A DNA stretch of 64,000 bases from Oikopleura dioica (taxonomy: Eukaryota; Animalia; Chordata). The notes beneath the pieces are model-generated. The model was given only the letters and a program-made list of their open reading frames with translations, searched no databases and was not told where the DNA came from. The DNA lies in NCBI GenBank assembly GCA_907165135.1, contig OU015567.1, positions 4,216,001 to 4,280,000 on the forward strand. Direction: 5' to 3'. Position numbers and translations under genes: made by a program. Positions 50,640 through 62,200 of the stretch are shown here, piece after piece (position 1 is the stretch's first letter; every line of letters begins with the position of its first letter).

Positions 50640-51395
50640 GAGAGACTCAAGAGGAAACTGTCTTGGCAAGCTTCTTTGTCTTCCCTTCTTCTTGCTTGCT
50701 GGATTTTTCGGATGGTTCAGCCTTGGTGGCACTAATATTTGTGAGGCCCCGAATCCCTACACCCTGAAAGAGGGAGAGACGCTTGTGTTGACTCCTCCAC
50801 TTCGGTCAATTTGTGAAAGCAGAGGTAGCGATGGGGGCTGCAGTCGAAAGTATTTTTATGATGACAATCAGCACTGTGAATGTAAGTCTCTATTTTATTC
50901 GGCCAAATCAAATATTTTTAAGTAACAATCAAATCAAATGGAAAGCCAATTACTTACAGCATCAACTATCTCGATGTAAGTCCTGATTGCGGTGACTATC
51001 TTCAAATTGAGCACTCTACCATTTGCATGACTGGGGTAAGAGATATGAAATATGTGACATACCCGGTTACCAATTTTAGGCCAATAACGATTTACCGGAT
51101 GTGCAAACTGGTGAGACAGAACTTCAAGTCCTCTGGCACACTGATGCCATGTCTTACGATCCAAATGAGTACTGGCGCGGATGGCATGGATTTGAGCTCG
51201 CTGTTGTTGCTGGAGAGTCGACTGGTAACATCTTCAGTCACTGACCATTTTTATCATTATCTAGAATCTCGATCAACCATTCCCGCTGACTCTCCTGAGA
51301 AACGAGAAGAATCCTGGAAGGCACTTTCAAACGAAGAAAAAGAACATAATCTGGAAGAGAGAAAATCTCGCTACGAAAATGTTGTCCGATATTAA
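50640..51395 (+). CDS. CUB-domain protein
   Basis: ICEAPNPYTL..., C...CGDYLQI, LQVLWHTD...GWHGFELAV (CUB FxSD...GF pattern); hydrophobic N-terminus; start uncertain. Confidence 0.6.
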
Positions 51396-52402
51396 CATCT
51401 TTATTCAATATTAATTATACTCATCATTATTTTTTTTTTAAAGAAGATCAGTAAGCCTCTTATATTGTTGAATTCTTGAGTCGATGACTTCGAAAGGTTG
51501 GATGTCAAGTATTGCGCGTCAAGTAGTTGTAGTCCGCCCCGCCGCCGTTCACAGAAGTCGAGAGTAGCAATTTGCCTTCTCAGGGCAGTTAGGCCGAGTA
51601 CCAATTCAGCTCCTGAAAAATCGCAAAATCGGGCACTCTGCAAATAATTCATGCCTTCGCGCAGCTCAGTCTTTATTCACCTGAAATTTCGAAGCGCGCT
51701 AGAAATTTTCAAATAAGTTTATTTTGCAGTTTTTTAACAAGAATACTTCGAAAATCACTTCTGTGTCTGGAGAATTACCGAATATCCGACCAATTTATCA
51801 GCCCAGAGTCAGGACCGCTTGCTTCGGATTATGTGGTTTTGGATATTCTTGATAGGCGCTCATCCCCGCAAATACGGAAGAGTCTTGGCACTAGAATCAC
51901 GTTTATAAAAAGTCTAAGACGAGAAAAATTAACTTTTCAGAAAAAATACTGAAGAGAGAATGACCTTGTTGGAAAATTCGAATTTTCAAAGACCATAATT
52001 TTTGAAAATATTCTTTTTGATATAAATTTGCTAGTTACTGTATTTGTTTGAGAAATGTTTATGAGGTATTTCATCATCCAGATCAATAGTCGGGCTATGG
52101 TTAGGGTTGAAGGTCAAAAAGCTTGATGATGAACACATTTACAGTAATTCCGAAGATGAATAAGGCCACCTTGGACAAAAATGAAGAAAAACGCTCTTTC
52201 CAGAAAATAACAGATTTCAAAAAACCATAATTTTTGAAGATATTCTTTCATTTTTGAATTTTTAGCAATCGAGGTCGGCGAAAATAAATAATTTTTAACA
52301 ATAAGTTGAAGTCGCTTAACCTCTAGATAAGAAAAATTCAGAGAAAACTGTGAATCTCGCCTCACGTTAACCTAAAACATCTGCCCTCTAGAATACGTCA
52401 AT

Positions 52403-53057
52403 ATGATAACGATATTTCCACTTTGCATAATTCTGCTAAGCCTCAGAGAGAGGGCCAAATATTCAGAATTTCAAATGCTCTCCTCGTTGGAATGCGCCCA
52501 CTCCCGAGTGGAATCAAAGTGCGCGAATACTAAGTGCTTCCAATGGCGAAAAAATCCAGCTAGTTTAGCTCGAATCGCCGAATTCCGGAATTTGAGCGCG
52601 CGAAAATGTTCCACCCGCCAATGTGTAACGTTGGTTTGCGATGCGGTAAGCCAGAAATCGAGGGTTCCGAGGATAAACTGATGTACACGCTGCGGATTCC
52701 TGAGGTTAAACGAATACAGATGCTAGTTTTTCTCAATAAAAAATTTCAATTTCAGTCTATTTTCAAAAGAACATCAAAAGACTGGCCTCGGCAACTTATG
52801 TAAAAAGCCTTAGTCAGGGTCAGAAAGAACTGAAATGAAAAGCCGCGCATTGGCTTTTTTTAACATGAAGCCGCAGAGATAATACCAATATTATCGACAT
52901 AAAATTCTGGCGAAGCCGCTTCGCGGCTTCGTTTTTAAAAAAGCCGCTGCGCGGCTTTTCCTTTCAGTTCTTTCAGAACCTGACTCAGGCTTTTTACACA
53001 TGTTGCCGAGCCCAGTCAAAGGATTTTCTAGAGCTTTCTGAAAGCTTGATGAACTGA
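52403..53057 (+). CDS. Small secreted Cys-rich protein; last exon carries a MITE family A insertion
   Basis: MITIFPLCIILLSL leader; six further Cys; GTAAGC donor at about 52646 and AATTTCAG acceptor at 52755 give SIFKRTSK[insertion]SKDFLELSESLMN*. Confidence 0.45.
52782..53015. mobile_element. MITE family A, complete copy
   Basis: About 70-bp TIRs CTGGCCTCGGCAAC...GTTGCCGAGCCCAG; TSD TCAAAAGA/TCAAAGGA (7 of 8). Confidence 0.93.
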
Positions 53058-55497
53058 AGAGTGGACAGCTTTAGATGTTGATGCGGTTTGTTTAGTGGAT
53101 GATTATTATCGCCTGATCCGCGACACTTTTGGCGGCGATTTTCGGCTAAATTCGCCTCGGAGATTGGTAATTGGCGGCTTTTGGGTCGTACACCGCGAGT
53201 CCAGGAAGGCGCCTAATGACAACGTGTTGGGCGGATTAGGACGCGCAAGTGTAGTGACCTCGGACAACAAACTCGATCCTTGGGAGCGCGACCTCGCCTC
53301 TCCAATTTGCCACTAGATGCAACTGTTTACCACAACGAAAAAAAAAACAAGGAGATATCAGAATGGAGGCCTGAAGATTGAAGTTACTCTCGAAGATTTT
53401 CAGAAGAATTTGAAGTGAAGCCGGTTTAATCAATCGGAATCCGATTCGGATGATCTTGAAAAATTCTCTATACAACTGAACCGGAAAGAGGAAGCCCACC
53501 TTACAGTAGATTTCATCTTTTATTTTAAAGTCGGAGCAGTTTTCTTTCGGGCATCTTTTTCTTGATCAACAAGAATATTTCACTGTGAAATATCTTCTCG
53601 TTAGATCAATGATTTGTCTTCGCAAGAAATTGAAAATTGATTTGATAGATAATAAGAACCCCTTCTCAATGAGAATCGCCCTTTACAGTCATTTAGAATC
53701 CCTGGCGGTAGAAATTAAAAGCACTTTTGGGAAAGAGAAAAATAGAAAGGCACGTTAGGTCCGCGAAATCTGGCACTTATGTTGTCGTCATATGTCCCCG
53801 TTATCGGGATATTTTGGTTGAGAGTAATCGTCCCTTGTGGCGCGATAATGTTGAAAAAAGTCTTGCTTCCATAACAGAAAAATTATCACACTCTTTCACT
53901 TGTTTTGTGATGGAACTTGCGGGCGATGACGGGCGGGAAAGATTGGGAAAAGAACTGTTATATAACAAAGAATCGTCGTTTTCGGCAATTTACGGAGTGG
54001 TACCCCCTTAAGACGGCTTTCTATTCGAAGAAAAAACGCGAACACGTGGAAGAACCATCGAAAAAGTGAAGAAAACCCGTCTGCATGGACCAAAAATAGC
54101 TTTCACACTTGAGCCAATCGAGAAATTTCTAAGCGATAGGCTTTTAAAAATTTTAAGTTCTCTGTTTTGTGTGAAAATAGGAGCTCGAGCGGCAAATTCT
54201 TGAGCAGGATCCGTTCAAGTCAAGTGTCCGCTCCCGAAAAAAAGACGTGGAAACGCATTTTGGACGTCACTTGAAAAACCCGATCTTTTGTCGTTTTCCG
54301 CGACCGGTGTTTTTTTCGGAAAAAAAAGGAAGAAAAATGGGGTTGTTCCCAAAAATTAATGAATAAAAAGTGTTACTAGAGCTAGAATTTGAATTTTGGT
54401 TATTGACAAACTTGCAGAATGTCTCATTAGATGAGTGATCCGCGATAAGTCCAAAAACACAAAATCCTTTGTAAAACCCAAGTCCCGGATACCGCCAGTC
54501 CTCATAAACAAGAACCCAGCATCCTCCCTCTTTTTTTCATTGTTCACGCTTTTTGCCGAAATTTCCGCTACGTTGCCGCAGCGCTGAGAGCGTATTTTTT
54601 ATTGCGGCTTGGGTCTCGAGTTTTCGAGTCGAAATCGATCCACGTTTAATCTCAGAATAAAGAGCTCCAGTTTCTCGATAGAGAGTGCCACAAAGTCCAA
54701 TTTTCGGCTTTAGGTGACCTAAAACCGCAATTAACTAAACAAATCCACTCGCAAATCTGACTTGGCGCTTGCTGTGCTTTTTTTGATCAGATTTTCTAAG
54801 CTCGGGATACCCTTAATTCAAGACTTTCCCCAATAAAACGATCAAAAACGACCAATTCTAGGGACAAAATCAACAATTTTATCTAATTTTCGAAAAAATT
54901 TTACGGAGGGGGGGGGGGGGTCCTTAATTCAAGATCTTTGAGCAAGAAATTCTGTATTTTTTTCTCGCATAAAATTAACATGCCAAATAGACAATGAGCG
55001 ATAAGCAAGAATCTTGACTTAGAAAAGAAGAAACACGAAACTGAAGCCCGCGCGGTAATGCTTGACATTTCGAGCCAAGCGATCTGGCTTCCTTCAGTTC
55101 CGAGTTATCAGATACACTCAAGGCTCGATTGAAGTGGAGGACCCATCACTTTGTTGCACGGAAACTGTCAGATTGCTTCTGACGCCTTTTTTGTCAAGAC
55201 TAAGGAAAGCTGAAGACGACGGTTTTCAGAAGTAAGGACTTTTCAAATTAAAAATTTGACTCAATTGAAAACTCTTTTTTGGAAACTCCTAAAATTCTGA
55301 AGCCGGTTTGAGTCTATTTATGATAGTAACTTATTAACATTATCTATAATGAGCAAGTTGGACAATAACTTGGAGAGCATGACAATGCAGGTTCGCGTCA
55401 TCAATTAATTTTTACGACAAAAGCTTCTCGCGATTTTCTCAAAGGGCGTCCGGCTCTTTTCCAAAATTCAGGATAGAGAAGAGAAAAACAAGAGAAA

Positions 55498-56230
55498 ATG
55501 AAGCTTTTTCCCATTTTTCTTTTCGCCTTTTCTTTTTCACAAGATGATACTACTACGACAAGAGCAACAACCACTACAGAAAAGACAACTACGACAACCA
55601 CTGCAGAAAAAACAACTACGTCAACAACAACAACAATAACAACAACAACAAAGTCAGATGATCAAACAGAGAAACAAACAACTACCACAACGACTGCGAC
55701 AACAACTTCTACCACGACAACCACAACCACAACCACACAGACTTTCGAGCCACATGAGATGACGATCCCTGAGCAGAAATGTTGGGTAAGAATCCTTTAA
55801 GCTGCTCAACGAAGAATATGGCTAAAATATCATTTGTTAAATTTGCTTTAGAATTTTAAAATATTTTTTAGATGACAGAATTGGAAAGCTACGCAACAGG
55901 ATTCTGCATCAAAAATACTCAGCCGCATCATTGCAATTTTGACGAAACACAGCCAATCTACCCGCCGATTGTCACGCATATAGGCTGCAAAGAAGAACTG
56001 ATGAGTGGAGTTTCGAGATTGGGAATTTCAGTTTTCTTCACTTGTCTTTCGATCCTCATCGTCATCTTCATCAACTGGCGATATGAAGAAATCATATGTA
56101 AGCAACAAAAACGCCTCTTTTCTCAATCATTTTTCTAGCTTCGAAAGCGTACACCTATGCTCGAGTGGCCTTGATTCTTCTTGTTTCTGTAACGATCGTG
56201 GCGACCTTCATTGGAATGAAAAATAATGAG
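55498..56230 (+). CDS. Mucin-like Thr-rich membrane protein
   Basis: Signal peptide MKLFPIFLFAFSFS; poly-Thr; Cys domain; TM ISVFFTCLSILIVIFI. Confidence 0.65.
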
Positions 56231-59200
56231 CCGCTTCATCGAAGAGTCCCTTCAGGAATTTTCTCTGCCGTTATGAGCGCTTTCTCTGTCCTCCCTGCTG
56301 GATACATGATGTTTTTGCGAGCCGAAGCAAGACATGTATAGAACAAAAATATGACAGTTAGAATAAAAATGATGATAATTTGATTTTCCACTATTTTTCT
56401 TCGTTGGAACAAAGGCAATTTTCATTAGCAATTTCACGTTTTTAGAGAAGATCGGTCGTCTTGTTGACTAATGAGCTCGGGTTTTCCTGCTTAGTTCAAC
56501 TAACTATCGGCAGTCGTTAGTCAAGCGATAAGGCCCAATCCTCAGTTGCATCTGATAACGGCACACTGCTCAGTCCATTTTCGGCAAAAGTGCATCTGTT
56601 ATCTTATTAGCTCGTACATGCATTTCCGTACCGTTTTTAGCGGTTAAATAGTGTATTCTTCAAGGCAGTCAAAATAAAATATGAGTTCGTTAATGAACCA
56701 AGGTCAACCTTTATTTTATAGTTTTTTTTAATCGCTTGGAATTGTCTTATTAAAAAAATTAAAATGATATAATCTTGCTAAATTAGAGTGTTATTTTTTT
56801 AATCAATTTTGTTCGCTCAGACGGAAAGATAATAATTTAATTCATACTTTATGATCTCTATCTTTTTTTTAATAAAAAAATAAAGAAATTATGAGATTAT
56901 ATTTTTCCCGATAAGGTCGATTTTCTTACACGCTGTTTGGTCATAATTGCTTTCAAGATTCTTTTGTTTTATTTTGTAATGAAACAAACTTTGCTTGGTC
57001 TTTTCTTTTCATGGAGCATACAGAAATGCACGAGCTCTTGAAATGACTCAAATACAGCATCGAGTTCTATTCGACATTTTTACGTCATTCGCGAAATTCT
57101 TCCGACCCCGCGATAGGGAGGCTGAGTTATTTTGCGGATTTTCGACTATTTCTAAACCGATTTTCGTAAGCAAACTTCTTATTTACCATTTTCCCTCCTG
57201 AAAGTTTGAAAATTCCTTATCATCAATTTTCCAAAACACGAAAAAACTTCTCAGATAAGTCTAAAGATAGCAAAAAGCGTAAGTAACGTTGTGACAAAAT
57301 ATTTTTAATCCCTAAAGCGCCTTCTCTTGGGAAACTTTCAAAGCCCCACCCCGTACTATGTATATCCCCTATTATGTTGTCTGATCTTCTTATCAGCCCA
57401 ATGTTGGCACCAAGGGCCCGGGCTCTTATCGGCCTCTAGTCACTAGAGTCTAGTGCGGCATGCTGACTTTTGGTGCAATTTCAAGGAAGAGGGGGACATT
57501 CAAACCGATTATTTTCAACATAAAATTCAAAATCAATTAGGATTTGAAAATGATGGATTGTTCAGAATAATTACTTCTTATCTTTTGAATAAAATGGTGT
57601 AAAAAGATAAAAGGTATTGCGATTTCAATATGAAAATTATCAAGATAAGCCTCAATTATTCGGTATCATTATCTCAATTAGAGAATAAAATGAATAAATT
57701 TGATATCAAAAAACAGCTTTTGAACCGGCAAAATTTTCCAGATAATTCTTCAAATTACAAACATATTTTCAAATGCGCCAAAAGTTCATTTGCCCGTTTT
57801 TTGCCCAATTTCTGGAACCTGGAAATGTAAAGTGAGCTAGAAAAAATGATAAATTCGATGATCGAATCGTTCAATTTGCATAAGACGGTGATGCAAATCC
57901 TTGCTCTTCGACAAACTTGCTGCGGTTCTCCGGTGACAGATCAGACAGCAGTCAATCAAAAAACAAGATGCCAAGTCTGCTCACAAAGTTGCTCAACCCG
58001 CTGTTTGAATTTCCAACAGTGATGGATAATCGGCTCAAAAAGAAGAGTCCTTTCTCCAGTAAAAAAGGGGGAATAGAAATGTCCTTTGTTCTTCCGCTTC
58101 TTGTTCAGGAGAAATTATGAAGGAAGGGGAGGAAAATCCGGTTCTGAAGTGAGCTAACAAGGGTCACTCGTTGTCGAGAAAAGGTTAAATCCGCGAGATT
58201 GCGTGAAAATTTGATTCGAGGATTATGAAACAAAAGCTCTTTTTTTAACTAAATTTTGGATAGTTCAAAAAGTTCAAGTTTTTATTAAAATTGACGATTT
58301 TCTTCCCGAAAAAATATCATTTTCGTAAAAAATAAGGGCGTCCCTTCGTTAACCTAAAAAAGGGCTTGAATACAATCTGTTCTGCTGAGAGCTCTGCTTG
58401 TAATTAATAACCTCGGTGCACGTTTTTGAACCTCATCATTTTCAGCTCCTCTCTTTTTTTAATCAATCGAAATTGCCGATTCCGGTATTACTTTTCACTC
58501 TCTTCCATCATTGTTTGTTCAAAAATTTGATGAAAACAAATTCATGTTGCAGATAAAATGACACGTGTCTGGACTCATCTTTTTGATCCTGAGAATCAAT
58601 TTTCTCGAATAAAAAAATTCTGCAAAAATTCGAAAAATTTAATCACAACTCTCTTCAAATATGCATGAGAACTAATTCACGTGAAGCCGCAATTATTTCG
58701 CCAGCGCTTCGAAAATTGAAAAAAGTCGGTTTCCAAAATAAGGGGGGGACTAATTTCTGGAACCGGTCGAATTTTAATACACGTAAGGGAAACCGAATAC
58801 TGTATTCGGAATACATCCCACGAAAAGCGATAAGGGTTTATCCCTCGCTCAAACCGTTGATTGATGAAATAATCGACTGGTGCAGCTTCGGCTCATCGCA
58901 TCGATAGTTCCAATTAGTTCCAATTAAAACCATGGAAAGAACTGAAGATAAATAATTTAATCATATTGTTTATCGAACAGATTGTCTTTGAAAATAATCC
59001 CGCTAGAATGATTTGCCGGCATTTTTAATCAAAGTTTTCTTCTTGGCTCATTTGGTTGATAGGTAATTTGATACGGCATTAATCAGCCATTTATTTTGAA
59101 GATAACTTTTTGGTAAAATTAAAATGAAGAATATTTAACCGGCTACGGGTAGTTGAAGTTCAAGTTTTGAGCTTTTATAAATTCGAGAGATCTTGATTGA

Positions 59201-60021
59201 GTTAGTCTTGTGCGTAGATAGAGCATCAAAGAGAAGTCTATCAGTCTGTAATATCTGCTACAGTAGGAGAATATTTTTTAATTGGCCTCCCTGATCTGGC
59301 TCGCTGACAATAGAGTAAAATTGATAGGATATCAAAGATGCTTGTCTGCCGTTAGAAAGACACATTCACAGGCTGTCTGGAAACCAGTGGAGAATTAACC
59401 GACGATTATCTTTTCGGACGAAAGAGTCTTGAGAAGAAAATTGGAGAATATTTTTTATATAATCATAATGTTTCTTCTGATGAATATTTGGGAGAGCGGC
59501 TCGAATCAAATTTAAGACCAATCAGATTTGCTCTTTCGGCCGGTTGGCCAATCAGATTTCACTTAAAATAATTGTAGCAAAAACATGATTTATTGGACAT
59601 GAAAATGTTATAATTTTCCACTGAAATCCAACCTGCCGAAACGACCAAATCAAAAAAGAAGCTTTTCAGTCTTCTCGAAAATTTCAAGGAGCGCCCAACC
59701 GACGGGCCACTTGACGCGATCCCAACACTGGTCCTTTTGAAGCACCAAGGGTTCGACACTTTTGTGGAAAAACGCGTTAACACGCAATTATCCGAAATTT
59801 TACCGTCGATTTTTCGTTTCATCCAGATCCTTGACGGTCGAGTGCGATAAGAAATTTCTGGTCTGCAAAGCGTAATATTGTTGTTTGCTGATTGCCAAAG
59901 TGCAGGAACGAGCTTATCAATTGAATTTTGTTTATTGAAAATTTTTATTTGAATAATTTTTTTTCAAATTGCTAAAAAATTTTTTCCGATCTTTCTTCTT
60001 TCACGTTTTCTTCTTCCTTTT

Positions 60022-60835
60022 TCAAAGTTCCTCTTTTGGCCACTTGTATTTGATATAAGGTGCTTTCGCTTGATCCTCCGTCAACTTTTCTGAGTGTCCT
60101 TGTTTCCGGAAAAATCCCTGCGACTTCAGTAGATCGATCAGCTTCTTCAAAAACCTGTCAAAAAGTGGGTTCAAAGCAATATTTCATACCTTCTCGGGGA
60201 AGTTAGAAATATCCATTTCGACCAGAACATCCTTAATCCGCTTGTTAATCCCTTAGTACGTGGTTTTTCAAATCCGAGCGGAAGGGAAAATCCCTCTCTT
60301 TGGTTCATACCTTGTAAGAATTGTGGAACTTGATAACAAGCTTGCTTGACCCGTGATTATCTTTAAATCCAAAGTTTTGCCAGAGGTCCAACTCGTTTTT
60401 CACGAAATCTGGCAGCTACGGCCTTGGCTCGGCAACCTGTGTGGAAAGCCTGAGTCAGGGTCTCAAAGATCCTTATCGAAAATTTCGACTCGACAAGCCG
60501 CGTTGTTTGAGCCTTCGTTTCGCGGCTTTTCGGGTCGAAAATTTCGATAAAGATCTTTGAGACCCTGACTCAGGCTTTCTACACAGGGTGCGGAGCCCGG
60601 AGCTACGAAAACAGTAAGAAACAGTACTCAGAACTTCCCCTACCCAGATATTACAATTTTTGCATCCTTCAATCCACGCGCCGGCAATCTCTGTTTCTTC
60701 TGGCGGCAGCTTACTCTTTTTTCTCCTGCTTCTTATCTTCCCTTTCTTTTCAATATTTTCATTCGCCTCTTTCTGCGCGAAAACAGTACCCAGGTTTATT
60801 ACAATAAGTGATAGAAGGAGGATAAATTGCCGCAT
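60022..60835 (-). CDS. Sep15/SelM-family ER thioredoxin-like protein, Cys version (CKNC)
   Basis: Signal peptide; AWIEGCKNCNIWLPDFVKNELDLWQNF aligns with SelM [41 protein letters not shown] resembles QELGFYRK; ends in KEEL. Confidence 0.7.
60423..60600. mobile_element. MITE family A, complete copy, at an intron acceptor of the SelM-like gene
   Basis: Near-perfect foldback CTTGGCTCGGCAACCTGTGTGGAAAGCCTGAGTCAGGGTC...GACCCTGACTCAGGCTTTCTACACAGGGTGCGGAGCCCGG; AGCTACG on both flanks. Confidence 0.92.
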
Positions 60836-61478
60836 TGCGGGGAAGTTACTATCGCACTAAAAGTAAAATGAAAGGCGAAAGAGAGAGGCGAACCGGACTT
60901 TGGTGATTTTCGCAGGAGTTGAGGATCCGGGAAGATGACTCAGCAAAACTTAAACTGATCAAATCCCTCCATTCTAGAGCGGGCAAAGGGTTCTGCATTC
61001 TTTAAGGGGAGCCTCAGCCAATCAGAAGCGAGTATTTTTCCTTCAGCCAATAAAAAGACAAAAAATTTCCCACCTACATATTTTTCAGCCAGATTTAATC
61101 TGAGATTTGAGTCTTCCATTTTTGTTCAAGGTTCAAATGAATAGTTATCATTGATAACAAAAATTTCAAAAGAGGTGCTTTCGGACAATATTAAACGCTT
61201 CACAATGTCGATAAGAACAATCATAAAGACACTATCTTTCTGACAGATAAACAAGTCAGCCTCAATCATATCCAATTCGTCCTGAAATGATAATGAAAAT
61301 TATCTTCAAAGAGAGTTTTTTATCACTAAATAGGTGTTTTCTTCGATATCATTTTTTGTTAAGATCGAAAAAGTAAGTTAACCACAAATGTTTAAAATTC
61401 TTTTTCTTTTGAATCTGAAATTTCACAATCTATCCGCTTCGAAAAAAAAAATCGGGCTGAGATCAAACCGCCACTATG

Positions 61479-62200
61479 TTATCTCCTTCTGACCACATAG
61501 CACACTTCGCATATAAAACATACCACGCTCAGCCCCGACAGAGGGATAACATGCTCCTTCGGCGAAAGAACCGTGAAGTTCGGTCTCTCTTTCGTAATCC
61601 GATTATCGAACTTTTTAATGAAATGATTGATTCGGCGAAAAATCATGGGAACTTCAAACAGGAGGTGACTTGACTTGCTTTCTTTGAATTCTCTTCCTTT
61701 CAAGTGCTTCAAAATCAACAGCATCGGGGGGATGCTTCTTGAAATTCTTGAATCAAAACTGAATCCAGGGTGAAAGTTCAACTTACAGGCCTTCGTCCTT
61801 GGGTCGGCAAACTGTGCAGAAAACCTGAGTCAGGGTCGGAAAAAATGCTCAGATGAAAAGCCGCTACGCGGCTTTTTCTTTAAACGAAGCCTCTAAGCGG
61901 CTTCGCAAATTTTACTTTTTCAATCATCCAAAAAATTTTGGCGAAGCCGCTCCGCGGCTTTGTTTATAAGAAAGCCGCTATGCGGCTTATTATTTAGGGA
62001 TTTTCGAAACCGACTTAGGTTTTCCCGCCGAGCCCAGCCTTCATAAATGCAGTTAAATCTGGCTCAAAGGGTTCAAAAAGTGAGGAAACGGCACTTGAGA
62101 TAATCCGGTAACCTTTGAGCGACCCTAAACAGTTTGCACAATACCAACTTGTAAGGCTTTTTCGAGGTCTTTGAAGCTTTTGTGTTTCTCTTAAGAATTA
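61479..62200 (-). CDS. Unidentified multi-exon gene; one exon carries a MITE family A insertion
   Basis: Open frame RIISSAVSSLFEPFEPDLTAFMK[insertion]A, then a GTAAGT donor and downstream ORF 61479-61781; no homolog recognised. Confidence 0.35.
61798..62037. mobile_element. MITE family A, complete copy
   Basis: CTTGGGTCGGCAAACTGTGCAGAAAACCTGAGTCAGGGTC...CCGCCGAGCCCAG; four AAGCCGC..GCGGCTT palindromes; TSD CCTTCGTC/CCTTCATA (6 of 8). Confidence 0.88.

Noticed and set aside
54905-54921. Poly-G run near a 13-bp direct repeat (CCTTAATTCAAGA)
   Set aside because: Simple low-complexity sequence with no element boundaries.
57330-57470. Cluster of short palindromes (CTCTAGTCACTAGAG, TTGGCACCAA)
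   Set aside because: The stems are too short to support an RNA or element call.
59559-59822. NPWCF suggesting a kringle or FN2 domain
   Set aside because: The remaining Cys pattern is absent.
21430-62037. CRISPR-like or REP-like arrays
   Set aside because: The palindromes lie inside TIR/TSD-bounded eukaryotic MITEs; there is no repeat-spacer pattern and no cas gene.
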